From the NCBI GenBank assembly GCA_944392815.1, contig CALXXY010000001.1:64001-128000 (forward strand): DNA of 64,000 bases, given 5' to 3'. Both the position numbers and the translations under genes were made by a program. Below the pieces are notes generated by a model, which made no database searches, was not told the DNA's origin, and saw only the letters and a program-made list of their open reading frames with translations. This stretch comes from an uncultured Alphaproteobacteria bacterium. Its GTDB lineage: Bacteria; Pseudomonadota; Alphaproteobacteria; Rs-D84. Shown here piece after piece: positions 10,687-19,881 of this stretch (its first letter is position 1; the number at the start of each line of letters is the position of its first letter).

Positions 10687-11403
10687 ATGATGCGTCCATC
10701 TTTGCGCCAGGCCACACAAATCCGCCCTGTTTCGATGGAAACAGCCGTTAACAAATGGGCCGAAGGGTCATGTTTAATCAAAATCGGCGGAACCCAGGTT
10801 TTATGTACTGCATCGGTGGAATTTAATCAGCCACTGTGGAAACGTTTGCAAAATAAAACTGGCGGTTGGGTGACGGCTGAATACGCCATGATTCCACGCG
10901 CAAACGGTACACGCAAATCGCGCGAGGCATTGTTAAAAGATCACCGCACCGCGGAAATTTCTCGACTGGTTGGGCGGGCGCTGCGCAGCGCGGTTGATAT
11001 GGGAAAACTGGGCAAACACACGATAACTGTCGACTGCGATGTGATTCAGGCCGATGGCGGCACGCGATGCGCCGCAATTACAGGTGGATATGTCGCATTG
11101 GTGTTGGCTGTGCGTTGGCTGATTGAACGTGGACGCATTGCTGAAAATCCTGTACGGGATTATGTTGCCGCGATTTCAGCGGGCATATTTAACGGCGAAT
11201 TAATTTTGGATTTGGATTATGACGAAGATTGCGTCGCAGAAATCGATTCTAATTTCGTGATGGCGGGCAATGGCGATTTGATTGAAATCCAGGCCACTGG
11301 TGAACAGCACCCATTTAATCGCGCCCAAATTGAACAGTTAATGGATATGGCCACCGATGGGTGCAAAAAATTAATCGAATTACAAAAACAAGTATTGGAA
11401 TAA
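10687..11403 (+). CDS. rph: Ribonuclease PH
   Basis: AEGSCLI, GWVTAEYAM, DCDVIQADGGTRCAAITG, LDLDYDED. Confidence 0.96.
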   Translation: MMRPSLRQATQIRPVSMETAVNKWAEGSCLIKIGGTQVLCTASVEFNQPLWKRLQNKTGGWVTAEYAMIPRANGTRKSREALLKDHRTAEISRLVGRALRSAVDMGKLGKHTITVDCDVIQADGGTRCAAITGGYVALVLAVRWLIERGRIAENPVRDYVAAISAGIFNGELILDLDYDEDCVAEIDSNFVMAGNGDLIEIQATGEQHPFNRAQIEQLMDMATDGCKKLIELQKQVLE

Positions 11404-11424
11404 AAAACGGGACATAAATGCCCC

Positions 11425-11453
11425 TTGCATTATTCACGTTAACGCGATATTAT
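11425..11453 (+). promoter_or_regulatory. Sigma70-like promoter of the c4-like leader and Cys-rich cassette 2
   Basis: TTGCAT-17bp-TATTAT. Confidence 0.6.
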
Positions 11454-11574
11454 ACGAATGTCAGCGGGTGTTCCGCTGATGGGGTGTCGAAACCTCTGCC
11501 TTAGCGTCGAACGGGAAAAAACTGGCGCGCACGCGCTGTTTTTATGCGACGTAAAATAAAAACTCCTGACCACG

Positions 11575-11640
11575 GGTCAGGAGGGTCACGAATATCAAAT
11601 AAGTGACACAATTCTAAGGATTGTTTCGAACCTCCTGACC
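11575..11640 (+). ncRNA. c4/P4-CI-like three-way-junction antisense RNA candidate
   Basis: P1 GGTCAGGAGG/CCTCCTGACC, P2 GTCAC/GTGAC, P3 ACAATTC/GGATTGT; GTTTCGA complementary to upstream TCGAAAC (11487-11493). Confidence 0.55.
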
Positions 11641-11690
11641 ACCAAATTTTTTGGTGGTTTTTCTTATTCAGAAAAAACAGGAGTAAAACA

Positions 11691-12134
11691 ATGAAATCGA
11701 AAATATTAATCGCCGGCGCAATACTGTGCGCAATAACCACCACCGGCGCCCACGCCGTGACCAAATGCGTCGCATTTGACAGCAGCACGAAATGTACGTC
11801 AGATTATACACAATACCAATATCATCCCGATTGGGCATCTACGTGTACAGCAAACGGGGTAAGCACACCGATAAGCGGTATAGCAATATGCAGTAGTACA
11901 AAAGGCGCATATCAATTCGTCACAGCAACAGAACTGGATATATCGTCTACACTTGACGAAAACCTGAATTGCTGGTGCAAAATGACAAGTCCCGCCGCGT
12001 CGCGGCGCTGGGTGTTCAACACCTCTTACTCGTCGGCCGGTTTTTGCGCCCGGGCTTGCGCGACCTACTGTGCGGACCGCTTCCAGGGCATTCCGACCAT
12101 GCGGTCTGCGATACTTGGTTCTCTGTCTGACTAA
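11691..12134 (+). CDS. Secreted Cys-rich protein (cassette 2, gene A)
   Basis: AGGAG RBS, signal peptide, AVTKCVA...CWCKMTSPAASRRWVF...GSLSD. Confidence 0.82.
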   Translation: MKSKILIAGAILCAITTTGAHAVTKCVAFDSSTKCTSDYTQYQYHPDWASTCTANGVSTPISGIAICSSTKGAYQFVTATELDISSTLDENLNCWCKMTSPAASRRWVFNTSYSSAGFCARACATYCADRFQGIPTMRSAILGSLSD

Positions 12135-12145
12135 CGGGGGCGACG

Positions 12146-12424
12146 ATGAAAAGAATAATTGTATTAGTCCTGGCAATTGCGCCGGTGTGCGCAATTGCCG
12201 CCGAACCGTCCACGTCATGCCCGTCGGGCTATACTGCGGTGGTCGAGGAACACATGGATATTGCGAACACTTCATGCCCATCGGGCTATACGTCCGTCGG
12301 CACAGCAACCAGTTGTATCGCGTCCAATCCCGGCGGCTCATGTATTATGTATGCACCGGTTGGGGTGTCCTATACAGACGCCACCGGCACATATGAATAC
12401 ACCGAGGCCTGCGCAATGGAATAA
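12146..12424 (+). CDS. Secreted Cys-rich small protein (cassette 2, gene B)
   Basis: Signal peptide, SCPSGY x2, ends ACAME. Confidence 0.8.
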   Translation: MKRIIVLVLAIAPVCAIAAEPSTSCPSGYTAVVEEHMDIANTSCPSGYTSVGTATSCIASNPGGSCIMYAPVGVSYTDATGTYEYTEACAME

Positions 12425-12560
12425 ACCACCCCGTCGCGCAAAGCGTGGCGATCCAGTAAATAAAAAGCACTGCGGGCGTTCGCCCGCAGACATATTGCAC
12501 TGGATTGCCACAGTCGTACGCCAACGTTTCCAACGTTGATCGTACTCCTTCGCAATGACA
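12425..12560. repeat. Composite palindromic element (RPE-like gcgtggcgatccag...ctggattgccac...cgcaatgac)
   Basis: Inverted arms gatccagt/actggatt; first 21 bp are the reverse complement of 6008-6028. Confidence 0.6.
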
Positions 12561-12663
12561 GGGACAGAGTATGCGAACGGCGGTTCGAACGGCTTTTTCG
12601 CCGGTTCGAATCCGTATCCTTGCACAGAAATAAAAAAACGCCCGTTGGGCGATTTTTTATTTC

Positions 12664-12741
12664 TGGGGCGGATAACCGGATTCGAACCGGCGACACCTGG
12701 TACCACAAACCAGTGCTCTAACCAACTGAGCTACATCCGCC
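12664..12741 (-). tRNA. tRNA-His(GUG) with encoded G-1 and C73
   Basis: G-GCGGATG...CTGGT TT GTG GT ACCAG...TATCCGC-C-CCA. Confidence 0.96.
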
Positions 12742-12752
12742 ATACTGAAACC

Positions 12753-12828
12753 TGGTGGAGCTGATCGGACTCGAACCGACGACCCCTTGCATGCCATGCA
12801 AGTGCTCTACCAACTGAGCTACAACCCC
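12753..12828 (-). tRNA. tRNA-Ala(GGC)
   Basis: GGGGTTG...CTTGC AT GGC AT GCAAG...CAGCTCCACCA, G3:U70 pair. Confidence 0.96.
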
Positions 12829-12908
12829 ATGCATTGCGCTATTTTATATTTCTTCTTGCAAAAAGTCAAATCAATTTGCTAACATTTTTTAACACAAGGA
12901 GTTTTACA

Positions 12909-13469
12909 ATGGATTATCAAGCGTTGAAAGCCGAAGTCGAACAAAAAACAAGCCAAACTTTGGACGTTTTACAAAATGAATATGCTGGTTTACGCACTGG
13001 ACGTGCGTCGGTGCACCTGCTGGACGGGGTGCGCGTGCCTGTGTATGGGTCTGATATGCCACTGAATCAGGTCGCAACTGTTGCCACACCAGACAACCAG
13101 ACATTGACTGTCACCGTTTGGGATATTAATAACGCGGGCGCCGTGGAAAAGGCAATTCGTGATTCTGGGTTGGGATTGAATCCGATGACCGCCGGCGGGG
13201 TTATTCGTTTGAACATGCCACCACTGACCGAAGAACGCAGAAAAGAGTTGACCAAGGTTGCCGGAAAATACGCCGAAGAAGCAAAAATTTCTATGCGCAA
13301 CATTCGCCAGGACGCCATGGGCAAAATTAAACGCGCCGTCACAGACAAAGAAATTTCCGAGGACGATCAGCGCAAATACGAAGACGACCTGCAAAAGGTG
13401 TTTGATAAACGCGCGGCCGATGTTGATGCGTTGGCCAAACAAAAAGAAGCCGACATCATGGCCGTTTAA
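12909..13469 (+). CDS. frr: Ribosome recycling factor
   Basis: LRTGRAS, LGLNP, PPLTEERRKEL; AAGGAG RBS. Confidence 0.97.
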   Translation: MDYQALKAEVEQKTSQTLDVLQNEYAGLRTGRASVHLLDGVRVPVYGSDMPLNQVATVATPDNQTLTVTVWDINNAGAVEKAIRDSGLGLNPMTAGGVIRLNMPPLTEERRKELTKVAGKYAEEAKISMRNIRQDAMGKIKRAVTDKEISEDDQRKYEDDLQKVFDKRAADVDALAKQKEADIMAV

Positions 13470-13496
13470 CTGTATTGCCCAGGGATAATATTCAAC

Positions 13497-14261
13497 ATGT
13501 TAAAATTATTTAAAAAGAAAACTGTTGCGTCTGAGATATGTGATGCGCCAAAAATTCCAAAACATATCGCATTTATTTGCGATGGTAATCGCCGCTGGGC
13601 CGAGGCCCGCGGCCTGCCCCCGTTGGCCGGGCACCAGGCGGGTATTGCCAATTTTGAAAATCTGGTCGATTGGTTTATCGCGCGGGGCGTGACAACGATT
13701 ACTTTTTTTCTGTTTTCCACGGAAAATTGGAACCGTTCCCAGGAAGAAGTCGATTTCCTGATGAATTTGTTCTATACCGAATTGGATAAAAACATGAAAC
13801 ACGCGTTGGAAAAAAATCTGCGTTATCGCGTGATTGGTTCGCGCGACAGATTGCCCGCGCGGTTGGCAAAAAAATGTGACGAGCTGGAGGCCGCATCAGC
13901 CGAAGGCACCGCGGGCACCGTTGTGTTTGCATTAAACTATGGCGGCCAGGACGAAATTATCACCGCGGTTAACGACGCAATCGAAGCGGGCGCGCCGGTC
14001 ACCAAAGAAACATTTGAAACGTTCCTGGATACTGGGGAATTGTTGCCCATTGATTTAATGGTGCGTACGAGCAATGAATTCAGAATATCTAATTTCCTGT
14101 TGTGGAAATTGGCATATGCTGAATTGCTGTTTTTGCCGCAGCATTGGCCTGATTTGGTGCGCAGCGAAAAATTATGGCAATATACGCTGGACGAATATGC
14201 CAAGCGCAATCGCCGGTTTGGTGGCGGAAAAAAGGCCAACTATTCCGGACGTAAAAAATAA
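13497..14261 (+). CDS. uppS: Undecaprenyl diphosphate synthase
   Basis: HIAFICDGNRRWA, FSTENWNR, NYGG, RTSNEFRISNFLLW. Confidence 0.96.
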   Translation: MLKLFKKKTVASEICDAPKIPKHIAFICDGNRRWAEARGLPPLAGHQAGIANFENLVDWFIARGVTTITFFLFSTENWNRSQEEVDFLMNLFYTELDKNMKHALEKNLRYRVIGSRDRLPARLAKKCDELEAASAEGTAGTVVFALNYGGQDEIITAVNDAIEAGAPVTKETFETFLDTGELLPIDLMVRTSNEFRISNFLLWKLAYAELLFLPQHWPDLVRSEKLWQYTLDEYAKRNRRFGGGKKANYSGRKK

Positions 14262-14276
14262 CAGGGGGTGTGTATT

Positions 14277-14927
14277 ATGGCTATGTCGAATACTGTAAAA
14301 CGGGTTGTTGTTGGTGCAGCTATGGCGGCGGTGGTGGCACTGGCCGCGGTGGGCGAATATTTTGGTGTGCCGGCGGTTAAATATCTGGCCATGTTGGTGG
14401 TGGCGGGTATGGTTGCTGAAATGATTATATGCATCGTCCACACCCCGCGCGATGTTGTGCACAAAAACATATGGGTGTTCGGCGGATTTTTACTGTGGCT
14501 GATTGTGATGTTTGTGGCCGCCGCATATGTGGGCACGCGCCCGTGGATTATGTTATTGTTGTTGTTAATTATTTGCTGTGCTGATATTGGCGCGTGGTTT
14601 TTTGGCCGTTTAATTGGTGGCGACAAAATGTGGGAACGTATTTCAGAACACAAAACGTGGGCTGGGCAAATTGCTGGCATTCTGTGCGGGACGTTTGCGT
14701 CGGTGATGTATGGGTTGCTGGGGGCTGATGTGTTCATGCCGCAACTGATGTGGATTGGTATCAGTGTCGCACTGTTGTCACAATACGGTGATTTAACCGC
14801 CAGTTGGATTAAACGCAAAATGGGACTGAAAGATTTTGGACGCATTTTGCCGGGGCATGGCGGATTGCTGGACAGATTTGACGGCTGGATTTATGCGTTG
14901 CCATTAATCTGGTTCGTGTTGTTGTAA
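14277..14927 (+). CDS. cdsA: Phosphatidate cytidylyltransferase
   Basis: DIGAWFFGR, KDFGRILPGHGGLLDRFD. Confidence 0.95.
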   Translation: MAMSNTVKRVVVGAAMAAVVALAAVGEYFGVPAVKYLAMLVVAGMVAEMIICIVHTPRDVVHKNIWVFGGFLLWLIVMFVAAAYVGTRPWIMLLLLLIICCADIGAWFFGRLIGGDKMWERISEHKTWAGQIAGILCGTFASVMYGLLGADVFMPQLMWIGISVALLSQYGDLTASWIKRKMGLKDFGRILPGHGGLLDRFDGWIYALPLIWFVLL

Positions 14928-14955
14928 AAAATTTTTGGGGTAAAGGAAGGGTATC

Positions 14956-16014
14956 ATGCAAATCGTTTTGGCCATTGTCGCATTGTTGATTGTTTTGGGT
15001 ATCGTGGTGTTTGTGCACGAACTGGGACATTTTTTGGCTGCGCGTTGGGCGGGTGTTCGCGTTGATACTTTTTCCATTGGGTTTGGGCCGGCCATTGTGA
15101 AATGGCATGACAAGCATGGAACTGTTTGGAAATTAGCGTGTTTGCCGTTGGGTGGATATGTGTCCATTTATGGCCAAGAAGATATGTTTGACCGCAAAAA
15201 ATATGCCGAACTGTCCGACGAAAAGAAAAAAGGACATTATCTGTCTGCGCCTGCGTGGAAACAGTTCATTATTGTTGCGGCCGGCGTCACTATGAATTTC
15301 ATTTTGGCGTGGTTGATTTATTCCGGCATATTTATGTTCCAACCAAAAGAAGTTCAATTGCCCGTCGTTGGCCAGGTTATCCAGGAAAGTATTGCGTTTG
15401 ATGCGGGGGTAAAACCTGGTGACGTTGTTATGCAAATTGATGGCGAAAAAATCACCAACTGGGGTGAATTAATTATCGCCAAAGAATTGGCATCGACACA
15501 CGATGCAGATGTATTATTGTTGCGCGGCGAAAATCTGGTGCGTGTGCAATTATCACCCGCAGAACGTTGGGGATTGGTCGCCGATGGCAGTAAAACTGAA
15601 TTACGCAAAAAGGGATTTTTTGACGGTCTGTATGCTGGGGCCCGCGAAACGTATTATCAATCAAAAACTTTGCTGGTTGTGTTAAAGCAAATTGTCACGG
15701 GTGAACGTTCATCCAAGCAATTGGGTTCTTTTATCACAATTGCCGAAGTTTCGGGCCAGGCATTGGCAATGGGAATCGTTGCATTATTATCAATTATTGC
15801 GTTGCTGTCGGTGAATTTAGGTGTTATAAATTTACTGCCGTTGCCAGTGCTGGACGGGGGGTATCTGTTGATTTTAATCATAGAAGCCATTACCCGGCGT
15901 AAACTGGGCGGGCGCGGTATGGAAATTGCTATTTTGGTCGGGTGGTTGTTCATAATTGGGCTGTTCGCGTTGACCATGTGGAATGATTTGGCACGTGTAT
16001 TTGGAATTAATTAA
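14956..16014 (+). CDS. rseP: RIP metalloprotease RseP (M50, PDZ)
   Basis: HELGH, FSIGFGP, NLLPLPVLDGG. Confidence 0.95.
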   Translation: MQIVLAIVALLIVLGIVVFVHELGHFLAARWAGVRVDTFSIGFGPAIVKWHDKHGTVWKLACLPLGGYVSIYGQEDMFDRKKYAELSDEKKKGHYLSAPAWKQFIIVAAGVTMNFILAWLIYSGIFMFQPKEVQLPVVGQVIQESIAFDAGVKPGDVVMQIDGEKITNWGELIIAKELASTHDADVLLLRGENLVRVQLSPAERWGLVADGSKTELRKKGFFDGLYAGARETYYQSKTLLVVLKQIVTGERSSKQLGSFITIAEVSGQALAMGIVALLSIIALLSVNLGVINLLPLPVLDGGYLLILIIEAITRRKLGGRGMEIAILVGWLFIIGLFALTMWNDLARVFGIN

Positions 16015-16015
16015 A

Positions 16016-18286
16016 ATGGATATAAAACAGTTTTTATTTACAACCACTGCTGTATTAATTGCGCCGGCCGCAATGGGTGCAACTGTGTCGCGCATCGATG
16101 TTTCAGGCAATCAGCGTATGGACGCTGAATCCGTGCGGATTTTGTCCGATGTGCGTGTTGGTGATAACGTTTCAGCCGAGGGCGCCAATCAAATCGCCAA
16201 ACGTTTACAGGAAAGCGGATATTTTTCACGTGTAAATGTCCGTATGTCTGGCAATGTCCTGAAAATAGATATTGTCGAGGCCCCAACCGTTAACCTGGTG
16301 ACGATCGAGGGGAACGATGAAATTTCCACCGATGATTTGAAAAAAGAACTGCGGTTGAAATCGCGCGATTCATATGATGAATCTGTTATCGGGGCGGACG
16401 TGCAACGTATGTTGACCCTGTACCAGCGCAAGGGTTTTTTCGGTACAACCATTGAACCCCAGAAAATCGAATTGGACGACAATCGGGTGAATGTTGTATA
16501 CGAAATTGACGAAGGTCACCCAACATATATCCGTCGCATTGATTTCAAAGGCAACAAAGTTTTTCGTGACCGCGATTTGCGTGACGCGATTTTGTCGCGC
16601 GAACATGCCTGGTGGCGGTTTATGACCCAATTCGACGTTTTCGACGAAGACAGAATTTTATATGACCAGCAGATGTTGCGCCAGTTTTATATGCGCAACG
16701 GTTATGTCGATATGAATGTGACGGACGCAAATGGTGTCTTTACGCCCGACCGGCAATATTATTCTGTGACATTTACCATTGACGAAGGCGAAAAATACGA
16801 TTTCGGGAAAATAACAATCAAAAATCCATTCCCTGATGTGCCTGATGATATTCTGTACGATGTTGTCGCAATGGACGATGGCGACACGTACAATATTGAT
16901 TTGGTGGACGAAACAATTTCAAATCTGCGCGGTGCGGTGGCGGATCATGGGTATGCGTTTATTACTGTGAATCCTGTGCCGACAAAAAATGATGATGACA
17001 ACACTATTGATATCGAATTCCAGATTGAAAAAACAAATCGTATTTATCTGAACAACATTAATATTCTGGGCAATGTTCGTACGTTTGATTCTGTTATTGA
17101 ACAATTGATTCCCATGCGTTCGGGCGATCCGTTTTCATTACAGACCATAGAAGAAGGCCGCCAAAATTTAATGCGCACACGTTATTTCAAAAGTGTGCAA
17201 ATGGTGCCCAATCGTATTGCTGATGCGAATATGATTAACCTGGATATCCAGGTCGAAGAACAACCCACGGGCGAATTGTCGGGTGGTTTTGGGTGGTCGA
17301 ATATCAATGGGTTTATGATTGACGCGGGGATTTCGGAATCCAATTTCATGGGCCGCGGCCAGGTTGTGCAACTGCGCGGATCCATCGCACAATATCAAAA
17401 ACAGGCATTGTTCAGTTTCACAGAACCGTATTTGTTCGGGCGGCCGCTGTCCGCGGGATTTGATGTATCGTATACCATGTATGATTATTCGTCACTGGGC
17501 GGATTTGGATACGATCGTGATTCTTTGACAGTGGCGGGACGCATGGGGTGGAAATTAACCGACCATTGGTCGCAAAATGTTCGTCTGTCTGCGGCATTTG
17601 ACCAGAATTACGATTTGAATTCAGAAACGGGCTGGCGCGATGCAGTGTTGTTCACACTGGGGACATATTTGCGTTATTACAATCTGGACACAAATTTTGA
17701 ACAAAATACTCATACCGGTGTCGTTGGTAATTTGGGTGTCGCATATACAGGGTTCGGGGGTACCGAAACATATATGCGGTATAATGCGGATATTATCGGT
17801 ATGGTAAAGTTTTTTGATGACCGGTGGCAATTGCGTTCGTCGTTGGAATTTGGGTTGATTCAGCCGCTGGACGATTCATATGTATCCCGTGTGTATCGGT
17901 ATTTCCTGGGTGGGGAATCACTGCGTGGGTTTGATATCGCGGGTGTGGGTTCACGAAATTGGTGGTACACCACGTATTCGCTGGGTGGGCTGTGGAAAAT
18001 AAACGGTTCAACACAGTTAAACTTTCCAATATTTATCCCAGATGAATATCAGGTAAAGGGTTTTGTGTTTGTCGACTATGGTATTCTGGGCAAGCCCCCA
18101 CACGAAGAATACACTTTTGCAGGTGTTCCGAACCTGATTGATACAGATATTCGTACGTCGGCCGGGTTTGGTATTTACTGGAATACGCCGATGGGACCAA
18201 TGAATTTTTCGTGGGGCTGGCCGCTGCGTATGAACGAATACGACCGCGAACAAAGATTCCTGTTGTCGTTCGAAACACAGTTCTGA
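16016..18286 (+). CDS. bamA: Outer membrane protein assembly factor BamA
   Basis: POTRA repeats, LRGF motif, TPMGPMNFSW, C-terminal Phe; synteny with rseP. Confidence 0.95.
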   Translation: MDIKQFLFTTTAVLIAPAAMGATVSRIDVSGNQRMDAESVRILSDVRVGDNVSAEGANQIAKRLQESGYFSRVNVRMSGNVLKIDIVEAPTVNLVTIEGNDEISTDDLKKELRLKSRDSYDESVIGADVQRMLTLYQRKGFFGTTIEPQKIELDDNRVNVVYEIDEGHPTYIRRIDFKGNKVFRDRDLRDAILSREHAWWRFMTQFDVFDEDRILYDQQMLRQFYMRNGYVDMNVTDANGVFTPDRQYYSVTFTIDEGEKYDFGKITIKNPFPDVPDDILYDVVAMDDGDTYNIDLVDETISNLRGAVADHGYAFITVNPVPTKNDDDNTIDIEFQIEKTNRIYLNNINILGNVRTFDSVIEQLIPMRSGDPFSLQTIEEGRQNLMRTRYFKSVQMVPNRIADANMINLDIQVEEQPTGELSGGFGWSNINGFMIDAGISESNFMGRGQVVQLRGSIAQYQKQALFSFTEPYLFGRPLSAGFDVSYTMYDYSSLGGFGYDRDSLTVAGRMGWKLTDHWSQNVRLSAAFDQNYDLNSETGWRDAVLFTLGTYLRYYNLDTNFEQNTHTGVVGNLGVAYTGFGGTETYMRYNADIIGMVKFFDDRWQLRSSLEFGLIQPLDDSYVSRVYRYFLGGESLRGFDIAGVGSRNWWYTTYSLGGLWKINGSTQLNFPIFIPDEYQVKGFVFVDYGILGKPPHEEYTFAGVPNLIDTDIRTSAGFGIYWNTPMGPMNFSWGWPLRMNEYDREQRFLLSFETQF

Positions 18287-18353
18287 TGTTTTTATATCTT
18301 GACCAGGGGGACGAATTTTTCTTATAATTCATTACAAGCCAAGGGGGAAAGTG

Positions 18354-18500
18354 ATGAAAAAAGTGCTGTTGGGATTGTTTGTTGTTTTGGCGTTGGCCGG
18401 GTGTGGCCAGATTTATGACCGCGAACCCGTGGGCGTTGGATATGACAACAATGAATTAAAATTAAGCCCATGCGCATGTATCATGGTGTTCCAGGCATAA
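18354..18500 (+). CDS. Small lipoprotein (48 aa), possible VirB7/TraV-like
   Basis: Own translation MKKVLLGLFVVLALAG-C-GQIYDREPVGVGYDNNELKLSPCACIMVFQA; lipobox LAGC; GGGGA RBS. Confidence 0.7.
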   Translation: MKKVLLGLFVVLALAGCGQIYDREPVGVGYDNNELKLSPCACIMVFQA

Positions 18501-18532
18501 TATACCTGGGGAATTCGTGGGGGGATTTTTAA

Positions 18533-19234
18533 TTGGATTATCCAAGCGATTTTAACACACCGGCATTCCCAGCCGGCCCGCGTATTGCCATATCCAGATT
18601 TATGGCGATTGCATCATGCGCGCTGTTTGTCGTTGTTATTGGATTATGTCTGGTTCTGTTGTGGGCCGCGCGTTCCCAGCGGATTGACCCATTTATTGTA
18701 TCTGTTGATGAAATAACCGGCGAATGGACCGTGGTCGGGCATTCGCATGGGGCCGGGCCGGTGGAATACCCTGCCCTGTGGTCGGTGCAGCAATCTGTGA
18801 TTGTGAATTTTGCGACAAATTGGTTCACGATTTCGGAAAATGTGGAAATAAATGACGCAATGTGGCAAACGTGCGAACGCGCGACTGATTGCGGCACGGA
18901 AAGCGATTTGAAATACGGTGACGCCGCGTGCGCGCTGTATTGCACCGCAGGCGAAGAATTATTTTCCAGGTTCGTATACGATGTTGTGCCCGCGCACCAG
19001 GCGCGCGTGACAAACGGCGAAATCTGGGCTGTGGATAAAACAAAAATCCAGGTTGTGCCCGCCGGACAAATTACCGACAATGGCGGAACATGGCGGATTT
19101 TTGCGACGGTACAATCGAACATATCGGGCGATATCGCGGTTGTCGCATTTGCCAAGGTTGCACGTGACACCGACCGATATCCGCAAACGTTGGGGTATTA
19201 TGTGGCTGATTTTAACGCGTACAAGATAAACTGA
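18533..19234 (+). CDS. Bitopic membrane protein, VirB8/TraE-like candidate
   Basis: N-terminal TM then IDPFIVSVDEITGE; C-terminal YPQTLGYYVADF resembles the VirB8 NPLGxxV end. Confidence 0.55.
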   Translation: MDYPSDFNTPAFPAGPRIAISRFMAIASCALFVVVIGLCLVLLWAARSQRIDPFIVSVDEITGEWTVVGHSHGAGPVEYPALWSVQQSVIVNFATNWFTISENVEINDAMWQTCERATDCGTESDLKYGDAACALYCTAGEELFSRFVYDVVPAHQARVTNGEIWAVDKTKIQVVPAGQITDNGGTWRIFATVQSNISGDIAVVAFAKVARDTDRYPQTLGYYVADFNAYKIN

Positions 19235-19875
19235 TGAAAAAACTGATTATGTTTTTGGCGGGGTTGATATTGCTGGGGCTGACCGGGGTGGCGTTGTATA
19301 TCACGGGCGGCGTGTTTGACGCGGGCATGTCACAGCGCATATTTCCGTATTTTTTTCAGCCGAATAATTTGTCTGACCGGCGGCCCGGGGTGCCCCAAAC
19401 GCCCGAGTATATGGGCGACGCAGAATTTATGGATTTGTTGGTGCGTAAATATATTAATGAATATTTTTATGCCGCCCCAGATCAGGAAAATATTGCACGG
19501 CGCACCGGCGCGAACAGTGCGTTGGCCCGTATGTCTGCGCCCGCGGTATTTGACGAATGGAACGCAAACGAGGGTGCGAAAATCCAGGAACTGGCCAAAC
19601 AAAAATCTATGCGAATTGCGCGCGTGATTGATAAAATTTTTCAACCCAGCGGCAGTCAATATTGGACTGTGAATTACGAATTAATCACCTGGGAAAAGCC
19701 GAACGATTTTTCTGTACCACCCGTTGTGACACGTGGTACAATGCACATGGACATAACGTTTCAAATGGGAATGCGGTCGACGGTCAGTTTGGACGTGTTG
19801 CACCAATATTTGGAAAATGGGGGCGACCCGGCGGCTGTATTTCAATTTCAGGTGAATCAGATTATTCAGGGATAG
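19234..19875 (+). CDS. Bitopic membrane protein, VirB8-like candidate
   Basis: TM, LVRKYINEYF, MSAPAVFDEW, C-terminal GDPAAVFQFQV; start overlaps previous stop. Confidence 0.5.
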   Translation: MKKLIMFLAGLILLGLTGVALYITGGVFDAGMSQRIFPYFFQPNNLSDRRPGVPQTPEYMGDAEFMDLLVRKYINEYFYAAPDQENIARRTGANSALARMSAPAVFDEWNANEGAKIQELAKQKSMRIARVIDKIFQPSGSQYWTVNYELITWEKPNDFSVPPVVTRGTMHMDITFQMGMRSTVSLDVLHQYLENGGDPAAVFQFQVNQIIQG

Positions 19876-19881
19876 TCAATA

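Noticed and set aside
4420-12424. Diversity-generating retroelement behind Cys-rich variation
   Set aside because: No reverse transcriptase in the window; differences between copies include indels and are not confined to adenines.
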